Positions 1 to 14,360 of a DNA stretch of 64,000 bases are shown here, piece by piece. Numbering within the stretch: the first letter of the stretch is position 1; the number at the start of each line of letters is the position of its first letter. A program made the translations under genes and the position numbers. The notes below the pieces were generated by a model. It saw nothing but the letters and a program-made list of their open reading frames with translations, made no database searches and had not been told where the DNA came from. Origin of the DNA: Lama glama (lineage: Eukaryota); contig CM052817.1 in NCBI GenBank assembly GCA_028534125.1, forward strand, positions 42,720,001 to 42,784,000. Reading direction: 5' to 3'.

Positions 1-295
1 ATGCATAGTTTGTGCATTATATGATTTTAGAGGCATTGGTAATAATCCTAGCCTTAAAAATCACCTTTTCTTATTCATTTCTTGTTGCCTTAATCTTCAC
101 CATCATAGATTCATTTCTTTGCTTTAAATCTTGTATGTCCTTTAAAATTGAATTTATAGTTTAAACTTGAGGGAAGGGATTATGTTTGATTTGTCTTTGT
201 ACTTCTCTAACTTCTCCAGGACCTATCATACTTTCCGCACTCTTGCCCCTTATACACAACCTTGAACAAAATAGTTAAAGTGATCCTATTAAAAT

Positions 296-1245
296 AGTGC
301 TTGTTGGCTGCCATTGTGAGTCAAACCATCCCCAAACCTAATGACCTAAAACAACAATGATTTATTGTTTCTCATGTTTCTGTGCGTTGGCTGGGCTGTT
401 CCTCTGATGCTTCCATCCGGGCTGACTCTTGCAGCTGCATTCAGATGGAGGCTAAATTGGGCTGGAAGATCCAAGATAACCTTACTCACAGGTCTGACAG
501 TTGGATGGCTATTGGCTGGGGAGCCTCAGTTTTCTACACAGCCTTTCATTCTCCAGCAGTCTAGATCAGCTAGACCACACATTTTGATGAAAGGAGATAC
601 AAAATAACACAGCCATGTTTTTCAGTCTGTCACAACTGCCCTCTGATTACAATTATTTCCATTCTTCACACATTCAAAAAAATCGTACACCCCTCTCCTC
701 CAACACGCATCCCGTTATAGTATCAGGCTCAAACCCCACCATTCTACAATCTGCACCTAGTCCAGATATAGAAATGACTCCTTAGCTTAGGAATCTTTTG
801 ATCCAGAGATCTGTTTACTAAAAAGACAAGTTATTCAAATTTTTAAGATAACTGTTTTTCGTACACCCAGTACACGATGGTGAGCTAGAGACAGGAGCAT
901 TGCATTAGATACTCCTCTTCTTAAGAAGAATAACAGAAAGCACACAGCAGTCCTCATTTGAGCAATCCTGAAATATAGCTAAGCACATGCTTCTAGTTCC
1001 CAGTGGGAACTGATAGTTCCAAGATGGCCTCTGGGATGCCTGGGTGCTCCTTCATGTGGCTTCTTATCCTCCAAGACTTTAGACTGACTTCAGTACATAG
1101 TGATCTCATGGTAGCAACCAAAGTGAGCAAAAGTAAAAGTTGCCTCTTGAGATTACCCTTGAAAATCAAATAATATAATTTACCAGATTCTATTGGTCAG
1201 GTAAGTCGTGCAACCAGCCCAGATTTGAAGGGTGAAGAAAGAGAG
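296..1245 (-). mobile_element. Old MaLR (MLT1-type) LTR fragments with MLT1 internal sequence between them
   Basis: MLT1-like reverse-strand text (aaccatccccaaacctaatgacctaaaacaacaatgatttatt...; ctattggtcaggtaagtcgtgcaaccagcccagatttgaaggg) flanking MLT1-int-like sequence at ~600-1000. Subfamily not resolved. Confidence 0.6.
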
Positions 1246-1246
1246 T

Positions 1247-1893
1247 TGTATTGGTGGTTGGCAATTTTCTCTAAGACCTAAACTCACTCTTTGGTGCTCC
1301 ACTTTATGATGATGGGGCTGAGATACAGCAGATGATGATACTAGATTTGGTCAACAGGGGAGAGAGGTTGCTAGAGGGAGACTGCAAAGCCAGAGGAAGA
1401 AGGCACCTGCTTCTCCCCATTTGGCTCCTCTGCTTGTGGTTCATGTAATCATCACCCCATCATCACTACTTTCGCCCCTCAAAGCCATTCTTTTCCATAA
1501 GAGGAACCCAATCCAATTCGTAGTTTTCCCAACACTTCTAGATCAGGCTTGCCAGGATCCCTCAGAGGCACTAGCAAAAGCTGGCCTATATTCTCTCCTC
1601 AGGGGTCTGATTATTTTTCGGCTCCTTGTTATACCTTCTCTAGCTTGGCAGTAAGTTAAACTGTTCCAACCTTTTCCCTTATCCCCAGCCCTAAGGGGTG
1701 CAGATGCTCCCTCTCTCAATGATAACTTAGAATCCTCTTCTTCACCCTTTCAGTGACCTTGTTGCATGTTTTTTTTTTTCATCTTTACTTTTTTATTGAA
1801 GTATAGTTGATTCGTTACATTTTCATATTTGGTTATAAACACTTCTTTCAAGTAACTAACACGATTTCTGTCTCCTCACTGGATCCTGATGAC
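1247..1893 (+). mobile_element. ERVL LTR, LTR33-like, interrupted by a tiny L1 3' fragment (~1768-1812, minus strand)
   Basis: Starts TGTATTGGT; contains atgatggggctgagatac and gctagagggagactgcaaagccagagg; ends gatttctgtctcctcactggatcctgatgaca, resembling the LTR33 consensus. T-run plus ttttattgaagtatagttgatt is an L1 3' terminus. Confidence 0.6.
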
Positions 1894-1984
1894 ATAAGAT
1901 TCCACTTTTTGCTAGGAGGACTAAACATATTGTGGTCATGTTTTCCAATCTATCACAAATGGCGGGACATATCATTACATTTCT

Positions 1985-2425
1985 TTATTCAATTCTCCAA
2001 TAGCTTTCCATCTCATTCAGAGTGAAAGTGCAAGCCCTCTCAATGGCCACAATGGTCTCCTTGTTGCTCTTTGCATATGCTAGTTTTACTCCTGTCTTAG
2101 AAACTTCATGTTTGCCCTTCCATCTGACCAGTAGAATCTTCCCCTAGGCATCTGGAGAGCTCACTTCCTACATCCTCATATCATCGCTCAAACGTCACTT
2201 TCTCTTTAAGGCATTCCTTGAACACCTTATTTAAAATTGAACCAATCTCTCTTCTTTCTTTTTTCTTCAGCATTATAATCAATCAATATACTTTGCAATT
2301 AATTTATTATCTATCTCTACTTCTCTGACCCTAAAATTTAAGTTCCATGAGAGTAATGTATTTTAACTGTTGTACCCATAATCTAGAGAAGTGCTTGGCA
2401 TACAATAGATTCTCAATAAATTCAT
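1985..2425 (+). mobile_element. L2 LINE 3' fragment
   Basis: Typical L2 3' text: gctcaaacgtcactttctct...aagttccatgagag...aagtgcttggcatacaatagattctcaataaat. Confidence 0.65.
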
Positions 2426-2734
2426 AAATATGTGTTCATTAGGTTTGCTAAAGTAAGATTATTTTGTAATACATTTAATCATAAACATCAGAGCACAAAT
2501 GAGTTTATAAGATATTTTTCTTAAAACAAGTCAAAAAAGTGAAATGGAGATAAAATTTAAAAATATTAAGAATCAGAAGTGATAGAGGAAAAAAGGTTAT
2601 CTAAGGGAGCCCCAGAAGACCCTGGGGAGAGGGGCAATAAACACAAAAACACTGTCAGCTATTATCTAATTTACAAAGCTAGGATGGAGGAGATATAGAA
2701 AGCATCTTAAAGTAAAGGAAAGAAGGTTAAATTT

Positions 2735-2920
2735 GGAGTAAACTATAGCCTATCCCAGGTTTTCCCCCCAACTCTGCTGGCTTGCTGTAAGTATAATTTT
2801 GGGGGAAATCATTTAACCTCTCTTGTCCTTAGGTTCTTCATTTCTGAATTAAGGAAAATAATTTTTTTCCCTCAGAGATTTGATAAGAAAATCAAGTGAG
2901 CTCACGTATGTAGACGCACA
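2735..2920 (+). mobile_element. MIR SINE
   Basis: MIR core-like aaatcatttaacctctcttgtccttaggttcttcatttctgaatt. Confidence 0.55.
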
Positions 2921-5245
2921 AATCTTAAAAATGCAGACTGATGATAATGATGACGATGATGTGACCTCTAATGGATGTGACTAGGAGAGCTGGAAAGGCA
3001 GGCTATGCCAAAGGAGTCCTGGCAAGCCCTCTACCGACAAGAGCTGAGCCGTAGCCACCCTCAGCTTCAGAGTTACTGACTCTTCATCTGGGATGCAATT
3101 AGAATGATTGGTTTCCAAATCTGTTCTGTATTTTGTCTGTGTGCCATGCCCTTCCCATCGGGTTGGAATTCACCTGTAGTCATGTACTCTATTTAATTTA
3201 TTTTATTTTGCATATTTGGAATTAGGGGCTCAGGAATGTCATATGTAAATATATGCAAAACAGCATGCAAATTGGTATTGAGAGCCAAAAGCCCAGATTT
3301 TTTTTTTTAAACAGGAATCTATCATTGGGGAAAAAAGGTCCTTCTCACAGCCCTATATGCTGTTGCTTTTTAAAAAAGTCTCCTTTGTTTAATCAGAGCT
3401 TATGGCTACAAATGATACCAATACAACTTTGTATAATAAATATTTCATGTTGGAGATGCTCGCAAAATTAGCCATTTTGTTGTATTTGACCTAATTCTCC
3501 TTATTGAACAAACATGTTTCTGTCCTTTTAAGAAATTAGCTGGAAAGGTAGGGGATGGATGGGTGGGAAATGGGAATAGGAGGTGAAGTGGCTACTGTCC
3601 CTCACACCTGACATGCCATATGTCAAGTCACTACCTCACAAATTTCTGTGAGATGAAATGAGGAAAGCTTTTCATTTATTTTCAAAATTAAATAAATTTC
3701 AAAAATTAAAGGTCTAGAGAAAGAGATATCAAATCAGTGTGCTTTTCTGTCCCATTTTAAAGAACTGATTTTATTCCATAGTTAAACTTCCAGTAATTAT
3801 ATGCAGGCTCTCAATCTTTGAAAATAGTGAAGAATCTGTAATCCTAACTTTCTTTATGCAAGCTAAACTATTATTTGGAGTATATTTTAATAAATAATCT
3901 ATTCTCACAAAGCTCAAATTAGTTCAGGCTTTTGAGACAGAACACTCAAAAGACAATATAATCATAATCATAAAAGGAAAGAAATGCCTGAATTCTGAAA
4001 AGTCTTTTAAGATGGCACATCTTTGTTACCATTTTTTGCTGTACTGAATCCTTTTGTGTCTGGCTACCAGTAAAAGAGGATTTCTATATCTACTCTAAGG
4101 AAGACTGCATCAATATGCTTTTGAAATTTTTTCAAATTACAAAAAACTGACTTCACATAGCACTTCATAATTTCCCTCATCAAATCCTAAAGACTTTATT
4201 AAAACATCTGTTTTTGGAATATCTTGCTGACAGTAGAATGCTATACCCCCGGGGAGTATCCTAATTTTGCATAAAATTTGCATACTCATAAATAAGTTAA
4301 CATTGGGGGGACAAGTATATCAACTGCAAACAATGCAAGCGTTTCCCATATATCCTTTTTATAATTGGCTTAGAATAGAGAACTAGAGATTTTTTGAAAG
4401 ATAATTTGTTTCTCAATCACCTTTTAAACAAGACTATGACTTCTTTATAAAGATTTTTCCCTCCCAATGTACCCTGCCAGGGTACATCCAAAGGTAACCC
4501 AAATTGCTTCAATATTCAAAAACAAAATATATTGCAGCTGTATTCAATTAATATTTAAAGTATAGCATAAATGATAGACAAAAATGGAATTTTATAGTTA
4601 CATAGGCATACTCTGGATTATGAGACATATGAAGACATACACAGTAAGGTAGAGCACCATCTTTTTCTCTTATCCTGGCACCAAACAACTTTATACTTAA
4701 TGCAATAGTGGAAATTTACACATCCCAGTCAAGTACCAAGAAGTATATTATGATCTTTTTTAGTTTAATTAACTGTGTGCCTTCAACTCTTTGAGTCTAA
4801 AAGCAAACTAACCTTCTCCAATGTTTATTCTGGTTTCATACTAGCCTGGGGGATAATGGAACACGATGATAAAATTACTTCATATAGACAACTGTCAAAT
4901 CTGCTCGCTACAGGGTCCACATTATTACATTATTAACGTAGCATATTATTACAGAAGACTACTACTCTAATGTAATGACCAGGAACTAGCTCCCTGATCC
5001 CCATTAATGCCCAGTTTCACATGCTAGGCCAGTAAGAATAGAGTAAGTCACACCTTGACCTGTGAGGTTTCAGGAAACACAGGAAGATGACTTTATACAA
5101 ATTACCTTATACCAACCCCTGGATACTACACAGAGTTACACAATCAGAATAGTATCTTTCATTTAAGGTTTTAACTGTTATTTAAATAAACATATTTGCT
5201 TAAGGGGTTAACACATAAAGTTATTATTTGTTATTTATAACTTAA

Positions 5246-5470
5246 TGAGTGGGCTCTTAACCTGGGACCCATGAATCATAGATAAGATTAGGTAAATAGT
5301 AAACCCTCTTAAACTGTATGTAAATTTGTGTGACTATTTGGAGGAAAAGGACGCATAGATTTTTGATATATTTTCCTGGGAGTTCTTCCTCTCTCTCTCC
5401 CTCTCTCTCTCTCTCTCACACACACACCCCAAAAATCAATGCTTTAGCGTGAATGCAGTCTTTGAGAACT
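5246..5470. mobile_element. hAT-Charlie non-autonomous DNA transposon relic containing a (CT)n(CA)n microsatellite (5388-5427)
   Basis: gggctcttaacctgggacccatg start and tttgagaacta end resemble hAT MITE termini; the microsatellite is visible directly. Confidence 0.45.
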
Positions 5471-6593
5471 AGATTGGACAGGGGTCTGGAAAGAAAGGCT
5501 GTAAGGTGCCTGGCAACTAAGAAAGATATAAGGAGACAAAGGTTCCAGAATTCTGACAGACAAAAACACAGTGGACATTTTTTTAAAAAGGGCTGAATCC
5601 ACAGGACCAACTTTATTGGCTTCAAAATTTTACTAAAGCCAAGCAGAGGCAATATGAATTGATTGGGTCAAATTTCAGTCCCAAACAATGGTTTTTTACC
5701 TATACTTTTTCTATTTCTATTTCTATTATTTAAAAAAAAAAAAAGCTTTCTCAAGAATATTGTCAACACCATTTTAAAAAGATCTGTATAATCCCAACCA
5801 GAACAACGACTCTGCTAACACTAAGAATTGAATCTGAAAGGACTGAATCCAGTGCAATTATCAAAATAATTATCTTTATTAATTAGGACCTTTCCTAAGA
5901 AAGATAAAACCACTTTCTATAGCCACTGAAACAAAGTTGACTGTTCTAACACGTCGGTGTTTTATTTTGCATTGCCACACACGTGCTTACGAAAGGAACG
6001 TCATCCCTTCAGCAGCACCGCTTCAGCACAAGTAGGTATTACAGCTTGACGTTTGTGTGCTCTAATTCTCAGTGTTCTTTGATTCCAGGTCTCATGGAAC
6101 AGTTAATGCAACTACAATGGCATTTTAAAAAAACATATTGTAAAATAATAAAAGATAACAATTAAAATTGAAAAAAACTCAGGAAACCCAACCAAAAAAA
6201 AAGAATGTTATGGTATTATCTGAATGAAAAGTCCATCAACAGCATCAGATAAAAAGCCTTGATCTAGAATGAAAAATTAGTGACCAGAAATCTATTTCTC
6301 TCTATTTCTTTGTCTTCTCTATCCCGTCAGTTCTGTTTATGGCTGCTGCATAATTGTGCCTCCTTATGCAGATCCATCAAGATCTGACTCAAAACAACTA
6401 GCAAAATACCTGAGATCCAAGGATTGGTTAAGTTATGTCTCCATCTTGGAATCACTGTCAAGAGAGGGGTAAGATATGCTTAATAACCTCATCAATGGAG
6501 CTTGGAATGGAATCGATCTGATCCAGCTATGTGGTAGAGAATAAGGCGAGAATGATCTGTCCAAAGTAAGCTTGTGGCATTTTTACCAAAGGC

Positions 6594-6619
6594 AAAAAAA
6601 AAAAAAAAAAAAAAAAAAA

Positions 6620-6650
<31 letters not shown>
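6594..6650. repeat. Poly(A) plus (GA)n purine tract
   Basis: About 26 A followed by (GA)n, seen directly. Confidence 0.95.
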
Positions 6651-7219
6651 AATATACGAGCTATCAAACAATTTTCTACCACACTACCCAAAAAAGAAAT
6701 GAAGTGACACCTCTTAACCAAGGTTGATGTTCACAGCCAGAAAAACACTGAGTTCAAATGGAAGACACAGAGGATTAACCAGGTAATAATGTCAAGATCT
6801 AGGAGCTGGTTGGGAGATGAGAGCAAGTCAGGACGGCAACAAGGAACTTTCTGGGCAATGGCTATGAACTATATTGGAGCTGTTTTGGTATTTATGGTCA
6901 GAAAGCATTTGTTGTGTGGTGGGTGAAGACATGTTAAAGGTACAAATTCAGGAGTTTATAACACATATCTATCCACAAGAAACTGCTATTACCAATATCA
7001 TCAGGTTTGCACTACATTTCAGCCTTCCTTTATTGACAGCCTGGCATTAGCAGGAGTGAGTAGTGAAGTCATATTCCTCCCATTCATTCTTTCTTGTTTG
7101 TAATTCCTTTATTTCAAAATCACTTTCCTTGCTTGCCTCACCCCGCCCCCAAACCTCTCATCATAAAAGGGAAAACTACTTTGGGACAGGGACATACTGG
7201 GGATTTTTCTAGCAGTATC

Positions 7220-7660
7220 TATCAAGAACTGTGAAGAGTATGAGATTTTACTGTCCCTGCAATCTAACAAGTTAGCCCACCTCAGTTTCATGAACACTAG
7301 CAAAAGATATAAGACTTCTGGGTCAGAGACAAAGGGTGGTTCATTACAGCAACAGCAATAGTCAGAGAACTGGCATTTGTGCTGAGCCCCAATTCCAAAG
7401 GGCCACACAAAAAGGGACAGATGATACCTGCACGCGCAATGGGTTGCATTACAGATATGAACTCTGAGCTTGGGAAACCCAAATCTTTTCTACTAGGCAG
7501 TAAGCATGCATGCCCATTGCTCTGGCATGCTATCTTATCTTCCAAGGCTGTTCACTATTGAAACATCCTTGAAATAACAGTTCAGAACAACAGCAGTCAG
7601 TTCCTCTGCTCACAAGATGTGCAGAAAGATGAGAGAACCAAGAATTTTCTCTCAATAACA
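7220..7660 (-). mobile_element. ERV1-class solo LTR, MER90-like
   Basis: tcaagaactgtgaagagtatgagatttt...ctaacaagttagcc...ctgggtcagagacaaagg...gatgtgcagaaagatgagag...aaca resembles the reverse complement of MER90-type LTRs. Family tentative. Confidence 0.65.
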
Positions 7661-10600
7661 TCCAACTCCATTTTTCTAAGCACCCTACCAAAAATTTACT
7701 TCTAAGAGCCACAGATGCCATTCAAGTCCCTGAGTGTTTGACAATCAACTTAGAAACAGAAATTAGAATAGAGTGGAAAATAGAATAGAAAAGAATAGAG
7801 GGGAGCTAGAATTATTGGGAAATTTCCTAGATCCTCTTGTTAGAATGCAAATAAATGTCTTTTGAAGAATGTCATTTTAACAGCTACTTGCTTATGAAAC
7901 AGCTATTACAGATATTAAATAGCAGTGTTCTGAATTTGTGAAGCATTTTTACATCTATTGGTTTATTCTATCTATACAATAACTCTGCATGACAGGCAAG
8001 TGTGCATTTAATAACAGAATAAAACTGAAGACAGGCCGAGCAACGTGTTCAAATATAACCACATGAGTTATATTTGAATCATTCAGTTAAATACAAACAT
8101 CATTAGTAATATAGCAATATAATCTGCCACAGAAGTATAAATATTTATATATAATTCAACCCTTAATAGATAAACATAAAACTATAAAAATAATAGATTA
8201 AAAACTGAGTGTTAGATACAATTTTGTGAGGTTTGGGGGGGGTTGTACTATAATAGCACTGCTTCACAGTAGTATACAATATTCAAATGATGGACTCTTG
8301 AGTTGACATTTTTGATAAGAATATCGATGAAGTTCTTATTTAAATTCTACAATAACTTTAGAAAAGGTTACCAGTATAAGCATTATTTTTTGTAAGCTGC
8401 TTCAAGCTCCCCCAGTTAGAGACACTTTTTTAGTGAGGTAACGTCTACTAATCTACCAAATTGAAGTCACTTTACAAATGAGGAGACTAATTCTGTTTTT
8501 ATCATTTAACTGTAGGATATTAATCATCTGATGAAATAGAACGATTTAACAAAATGAGCATGTTCAAACCATTTGGCAAATACCTGCTAAAGAGAGCAGA
8601 TAAAAACTCTTTGGTCGGGGGGGGAGAGATGATTTTTTTTTTAACCTGAAACAAAAGCCAATCACAAAATGCAATAGCGGTATGTTTCTCTTTTAAATCT
8701 GTAACACAGTAGCAGATTGTCAAAAAGGTTAAAGACAATGTCGGCCATGACTTCTTTCAGCTTTTGAGTGTGGCAACATGTATTATTTGGCGTAATCATG
8801 ACACAGATCTGCATGTGTATGTCTTCAATAATTCATGCTGCAGCTTGTCTCACTGTGGGGACAGATGTCAGTGAAACCAGTGACAGCCGATCCTGCTGAT
8901 CCCACAGTGACACTGAACCTTGAGTATATGCCCACTAAGTCTGATTGGAGCTAAGAAAATATGGGCCAGCAAGTTTGGGTGCAGCTATTCATTTTGCAAC
9001 TACATGCAATGTACATATTTTTATGTATATATGTATAAAAATATCTTACTTCCATATAACTTCCTAAAGATTTGGAAATCTTTATAATTTGGACTAGTTA
9101 AATGTGGAAACATTCCTTAAATTTGAATGCCATATTTATTTAGTTATTTAAAATACACATAGAAAATATTACTGACAAAATCAATCATTTATTGTTATGT
9201 ATAGAAATGTATATCTCTCCTACAGGTGATTTATAGCATTACCGGTCTTAATCTTTCATTACTAATTCATATATAGAACAAATGAACGTCACACATCCAG
9301 AAGACAAACAAGCCAGCACACTGATGTTTTGTTCTCAAAGACTTACATTTGTTTCTCACAATGATTAGTGTTTTCTTTTAACTTTTGGTATTAATCTAAA
9401 ACTATCCTATTCCAGATCCTCCAAAAGAAGTATAAAATGTGTATCTGTCAGTGAGTGTCTATGAACATTAATTAGTTGGAATATAGGTTACAGAACATTG
9501 ATTAGAATATAGAAACATTCACTTTCCCCAGAGTTAGTCTAATCCTTTTGTGTTAATCTGTAACTTATTTCATAGCAGGGGACTAGAATAAGAGATGAAA
9601 CTGGGGCTGTGCAAGTCTATTGCTTCTGCTAGAATAGTAGCTCAACATACTTACCTTCTATTTGTGCATAAAGAAATAGAGAGCCAGCAGTTCCAAAGTC
9701 TTTTAAAAGTCAAAATATTGTATATTTTAGATCCCAAGATAAGCGCCATTTATCCACTTCTTGAATAACATTAGAGAAAGTGTCAAGCTCCAATTACAAC
9801 CTGCAGAATCTTTGATTAACAACTAGAAAATGCCATGTGTATGTCTGTATGTGTGGCTAAAAATATGTGTGTGTGTATATATACATTACATTTTGAAATA
9901 TTCAACAGAACAAAACATTCATCTTTATGTATTCTTTAGTGACATAATACGTTCTGCCATTTTTTGACTTGCCCTTAGACATACAGCTTAGCTTTTGGCA
10001 TCAGAGTCACTATCTTGGTGATTTTATTGTTTCAGAGAAGTTCCTAGCTTATTCGTAATGACGCTTCTGATCTGTCCTCTCCCCTCTAAGATCAGCACAT
10101 TTAGGAAAAGGCACTGATTTTTCATTATCACAGGATTAGACTGTTTTCAAAATACACTTGAGTCAGGGAATCTCTTCATTTCTACCATGCATAGTGTTGC
10201 CTAACAGTGGGTACCATTTTTCTTTGGAGGTGCATTTACATAAACATTTCTAATCACAGCTCCGTAAAGAGACACGGTATGATAATTCATGACTTTTAGG
10301 TAATATGTCATATGAATCTTAACATATGGCATTACACTCTACAGTGGCAATCTTGGCTTCCAAAGGGACCTGGAAAACATCCAGTGAGATGAGAATAAGC
10401 CAAACTTGATAGAAAACCATATCGATGCTAATCCAGGTTTACACCTTTCATTCAGACTCAGAACTCTCTAGCAGATGGTTCAGTGTTGAAGCACTAATGT
10501 TAGCAAAATGTCAAAACTATTTTGCTAGACTCCCCAATTGTTCACACAGAGTATTTTTCAAGAGCTGGATATCAAAATAGTATTAATGAATGGTAGCACT

Positions 10601-11430
10601 AAGGTCTCTGATCTCAAGTCCAGGGTTTTAGTTTCAATTTCCGAAGACAATCTGGCTTTGCTCTCTTGGAATACTGCCAATCAGCTTTGACAAAAGAAAA
10701 TGAAATTTTAGAAGTTTCTTCCCTGATTCTGTAGCTAACAGTGGCATAATCAAAGAAGACAAAGGAATGCAGAACCATTTGGCAGATAGCATTATTAGTG
10801 CTGCTATATCAATTTAATCATCCAAACAAATGTCATGAAATAGAGGCTTGAATCAAAATGTCTTACGCTAGGATTTGTGGACATAGAGAAAAAAACTAAA
10901 TGGCCTTCAGAGAGTCCAAAAAGCATCTGAATTTAGAGGAAAATGTGGTGTTTATATGCATACTTTTCAGTGTGTTCACATATATACTGAATATGCAAGG
11001 TGAATGAATGAGTAAATAAGTGTGACCCTCATATTAGGATTAGCAATGGTTTCAGTATGTTACAGAAAGTCAGAATGACATTTATGCAACAAGAATGTTT
11101 GCCTCTCGATGAAAACATATTTAAGCATTATTTGATCACTTAATGTCTATTAGGACCTATGCTGTCTTTTAAGGTATTTTTTTTCTAATGTTAAAACTTA
11201 CCTTATGAAGTAGGAATTAATAGCTTTGTTTTGCAGACATCTGACTACAAATGTCTCAGTACCCACCCCCAGTGGGTACTCTGAAATCAGTTTTCCTGAC
11301 TCCAAATTCCACTTCTTTTCTTTTACATCACTTTTATTTCTTTAATAATGGTTTCCACCTTAGTACAAACAAACTACAATCCTGACAGCAAAAGACAGAG
11401 TTGGCTAAGTGTATGATAACACAAGAAGGC

Positions 11431-11872
11431 AGATGAATGGATACAAAAGTTGTGGTATATATATACACCATGGAATATTGGCCATAAAAAAGAATGAAAT
11501 CTTGCCATTTGCAACAACATGAATGGACCTGGAGGGTATTATGCTTAGTGAAATAAGTAAAAGAGAGAAAGACAAATATTGTATGATTTCACTTACACAT
11601 GGAATCTAAAAAACAAAACAAATGAGCAAACACAGCAATATAGAAACTGACTCACAGAGAACAAACCAGTGGTTGCCAGAGGGAAGGGGGCAGGGGATGA
11701 GAGAACTAGGTGAAGGGGGTTAAGGTGTAAGACACGGGGATGTAATGTACAGCACAGGCAATATGGTGAATAGTAATGTAATCACTTTGTATGATATCTA
11801 ATCTATAAAATATTGAATCACCCGTAAAACTGCAACTAATATTGTAAGTCAACTATACTTCAATTTTTTAAA
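11431..11872 (+). mobile_element. 5'-truncated L1 (ORF2 end plus 3'UTR)
   Basis: gatgaatggatacaaaagttgtggtatat...gccatttgcaacaacatgaatggacctggagggtattatgcttagtgaaataag...gtcaactatacttcaat plus A-tail; degenerate TSD aagaaggca/aaaagggca. Confidence 0.85.
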
Positions 11873-13990
11873 AAAGGGCATATGAGTAAGAGGCCACTTT
11901 CAGGTAACATTCCTTCTCTCAAAATTTCTTTATGGAAGTCTAAAGAGTATCAATCAAGACACGTATTTTCCTTTCCAAACTTCTTGTTTCAGCCACCATA
12001 GTATTAAATCAATTAGCATTAACTGATAAGACTTCTCATCACATCTGTTTGAATCCTGACCATGAGGCCAAGGCAAAGAATGTGGGAATCCCACCCTGGG
12101 AGCCAGTGCACATCAGGACAGCTGTTTTTCCTATTCTTCCATGAATATGTTCCTGAGAGTGAGGTCACTGGTAGAAGGATTCATGTGTAGACCGTAAGAG
12201 GCTAGGCCAGATCAAAACTGAACAATGATCAGTAAAAATGGATTTGAGAAATTTAAGATAGCTGAAAAGAGATGTCATGTTCAAATTAGCTCAAGCGATT
12301 TAAGAGTAACCCTGTAAAGAGGACCTGAATCAGTGGGTGTCATTTGTATGTCATGGCTTAAAGAATTATCACGTTGGACTGGACAGGATTGTTCCAACTA
12401 TGTAACTCTGAAAGAAGTGACTACTTATAGATTTTCCTCACTTCCAAATCCTAATTTGCTCTTCTCACTATGTCTTTTGTAATTAACCATGGTTTTATTT
12501 TCATTTTTGTTCATTATCAATTTCATTGCTGAAGACTGTCCATATTTCTTTAATGTTGTGACAAGAATTCTTCGCTGAAGCTAAAAAAAAAAACAAACAA
12601 GAATGAAACAAGCTAAGAGAATAACACTGTATTCCATTTTTCCATTTAAAATATGTTACAAAACAGCTTTCAGTTTAAAAAATTTTGACAGTGTATGTTC
12701 AATTTTTCAACTAACAGATGCACGTACATAAAATTATATGATTGAAATTCAGTGTCAGGGGCTTTAGTCATTTAGTTTGGGCAAATTCAAGGCACTGGTT
12801 CATAATATAACTCTTAAAATATCTATTTAATAATGAGAGAGTCAAGTTTCTATGAAATAATGATATGGAAATATCTATTGTATTAAAAAAGATATTTTAT
12901 GTGAATATTTTAAAAACTACTATGATTTACTTATAAATGAAAATGGATTTTCTTTGTTTTTGTAAAGAAATCATTTCATAAGATTTTGAGTGAGCAATAT
13001 GTGACTATTCAATGAAAGGAGAAACCAAGCAATGTCTTAGGACTCCCAGTCTAGAGTTCTTCATGCTAAAAGTTCAATTGATAATGTGTTTACTAATTAA
13101 GAAATACAAGAACTATTAGCAACTACTTAATTCAAGAAATGAGAGCATGGAGAACTATTCATGAAGTTTGTTTCGTGTTCTTAACAAGATTTCGAGAAAA
13201 TACGAGACTATATGACCTTAATAAAGGCAATAGGTGAATGCTTCTAGCAAAGAAAATCTGATAAGGAAAATAGACTGAAATACTGACGTTTAATTGGAAA
13301 GTGGTACCTGGCAGTCTTACTCAAAGTGCCTGTAGGAATATAAACCAACTTCATCAGAAGCATACTGTTTGATTCAGCTACCTTTTTTTTTTTTTCATTA
13401 CAAGACATTCTCAATAAAAGAAGCAATGTGTTGATTTCCATTCTGGGGCAAGCTCCCTAGAGCATGATGGACTAGTAACAAACTGTTTCGCCACTGTCAC
13501 CAGTGGCCCGCCATGCAGTGCTTGCCTTAAAAAAAAGAAAAAAGATAATTTCAATGCATCATCACTGTTAAATATTTGTTTCTAGTCGAGATTTAAAAAT
13601 CACTGTGAGAAACAATAATGCTTTAAAACAGGGAAATAAGTTTTCTCTAATTGTATTTTCACATACGCAAATAACTATAGGAGAGTTTTAGAAAAAGATA
13701 CTACTGTTAGGAGAAAACTGCAGGAAAATAGAATTTAAAAAATGAGTACAAACAACCTAAAATCCACATGTTCTATTATCTTCCATAATCGTCCCGTAAC
13801 TGATAGGCACAGGACATGGTGAATGTTCATTTTCTCTTCAATTGTTTATGGGGCCATTCTATACCTAGGGTTACAAGTCAAGAAGAAGTGGCCATTTTCC
13901 ATTAGGAATGAGGTGCTTTAACTTGCAAACACTTGCTAATGTCAGCTTAGACTTTCTTGCCTCTGTGATGACAATAAAGTGAGTGACATC

Positions 13991-14360
13991 TGTCTTATTC
14001 AGTTCAGGCTGCTATAACAGAATAACACAGGATGTGGGGCTCAAACAACAGACATTTCTCCTAGTTCTAAGGCTGAGAAGTCTAAAATCAAAGTGCCAGC
14101 AGATTCAGTGCCTGGTGAGGGTCATCTTTCAGGTTTGCAGACACCTGCCCTCTTGCTGTGTCCTCACAAGGTAGAGAAAAAGAAAGTGGGGTGCTTCTCT
14201 GGTCTCTTCTTATAAGGGCACTAATTTCATCATGAGGATTCTACCCTCAGGACCTCATCATACCTAATTACTTACCAAAGGCCTCACCTTCAAATACCAT
14301 CACATTGGGGGTTAGGGATTTAAGATAAAAATTTTGCGGAAAGACATTTAGTCCATAGCA
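13991..14360 (-). mobile_element. MaLR solo LTR, MLT1A-type
   Basis: TG...CA termini; the reverse complement begins tgctatggactaaatgtc...ctaacccccaatgtgatggtatttgaaggtgaggcctttgg, typical of MLT1A/A0. Confidence 0.8.
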
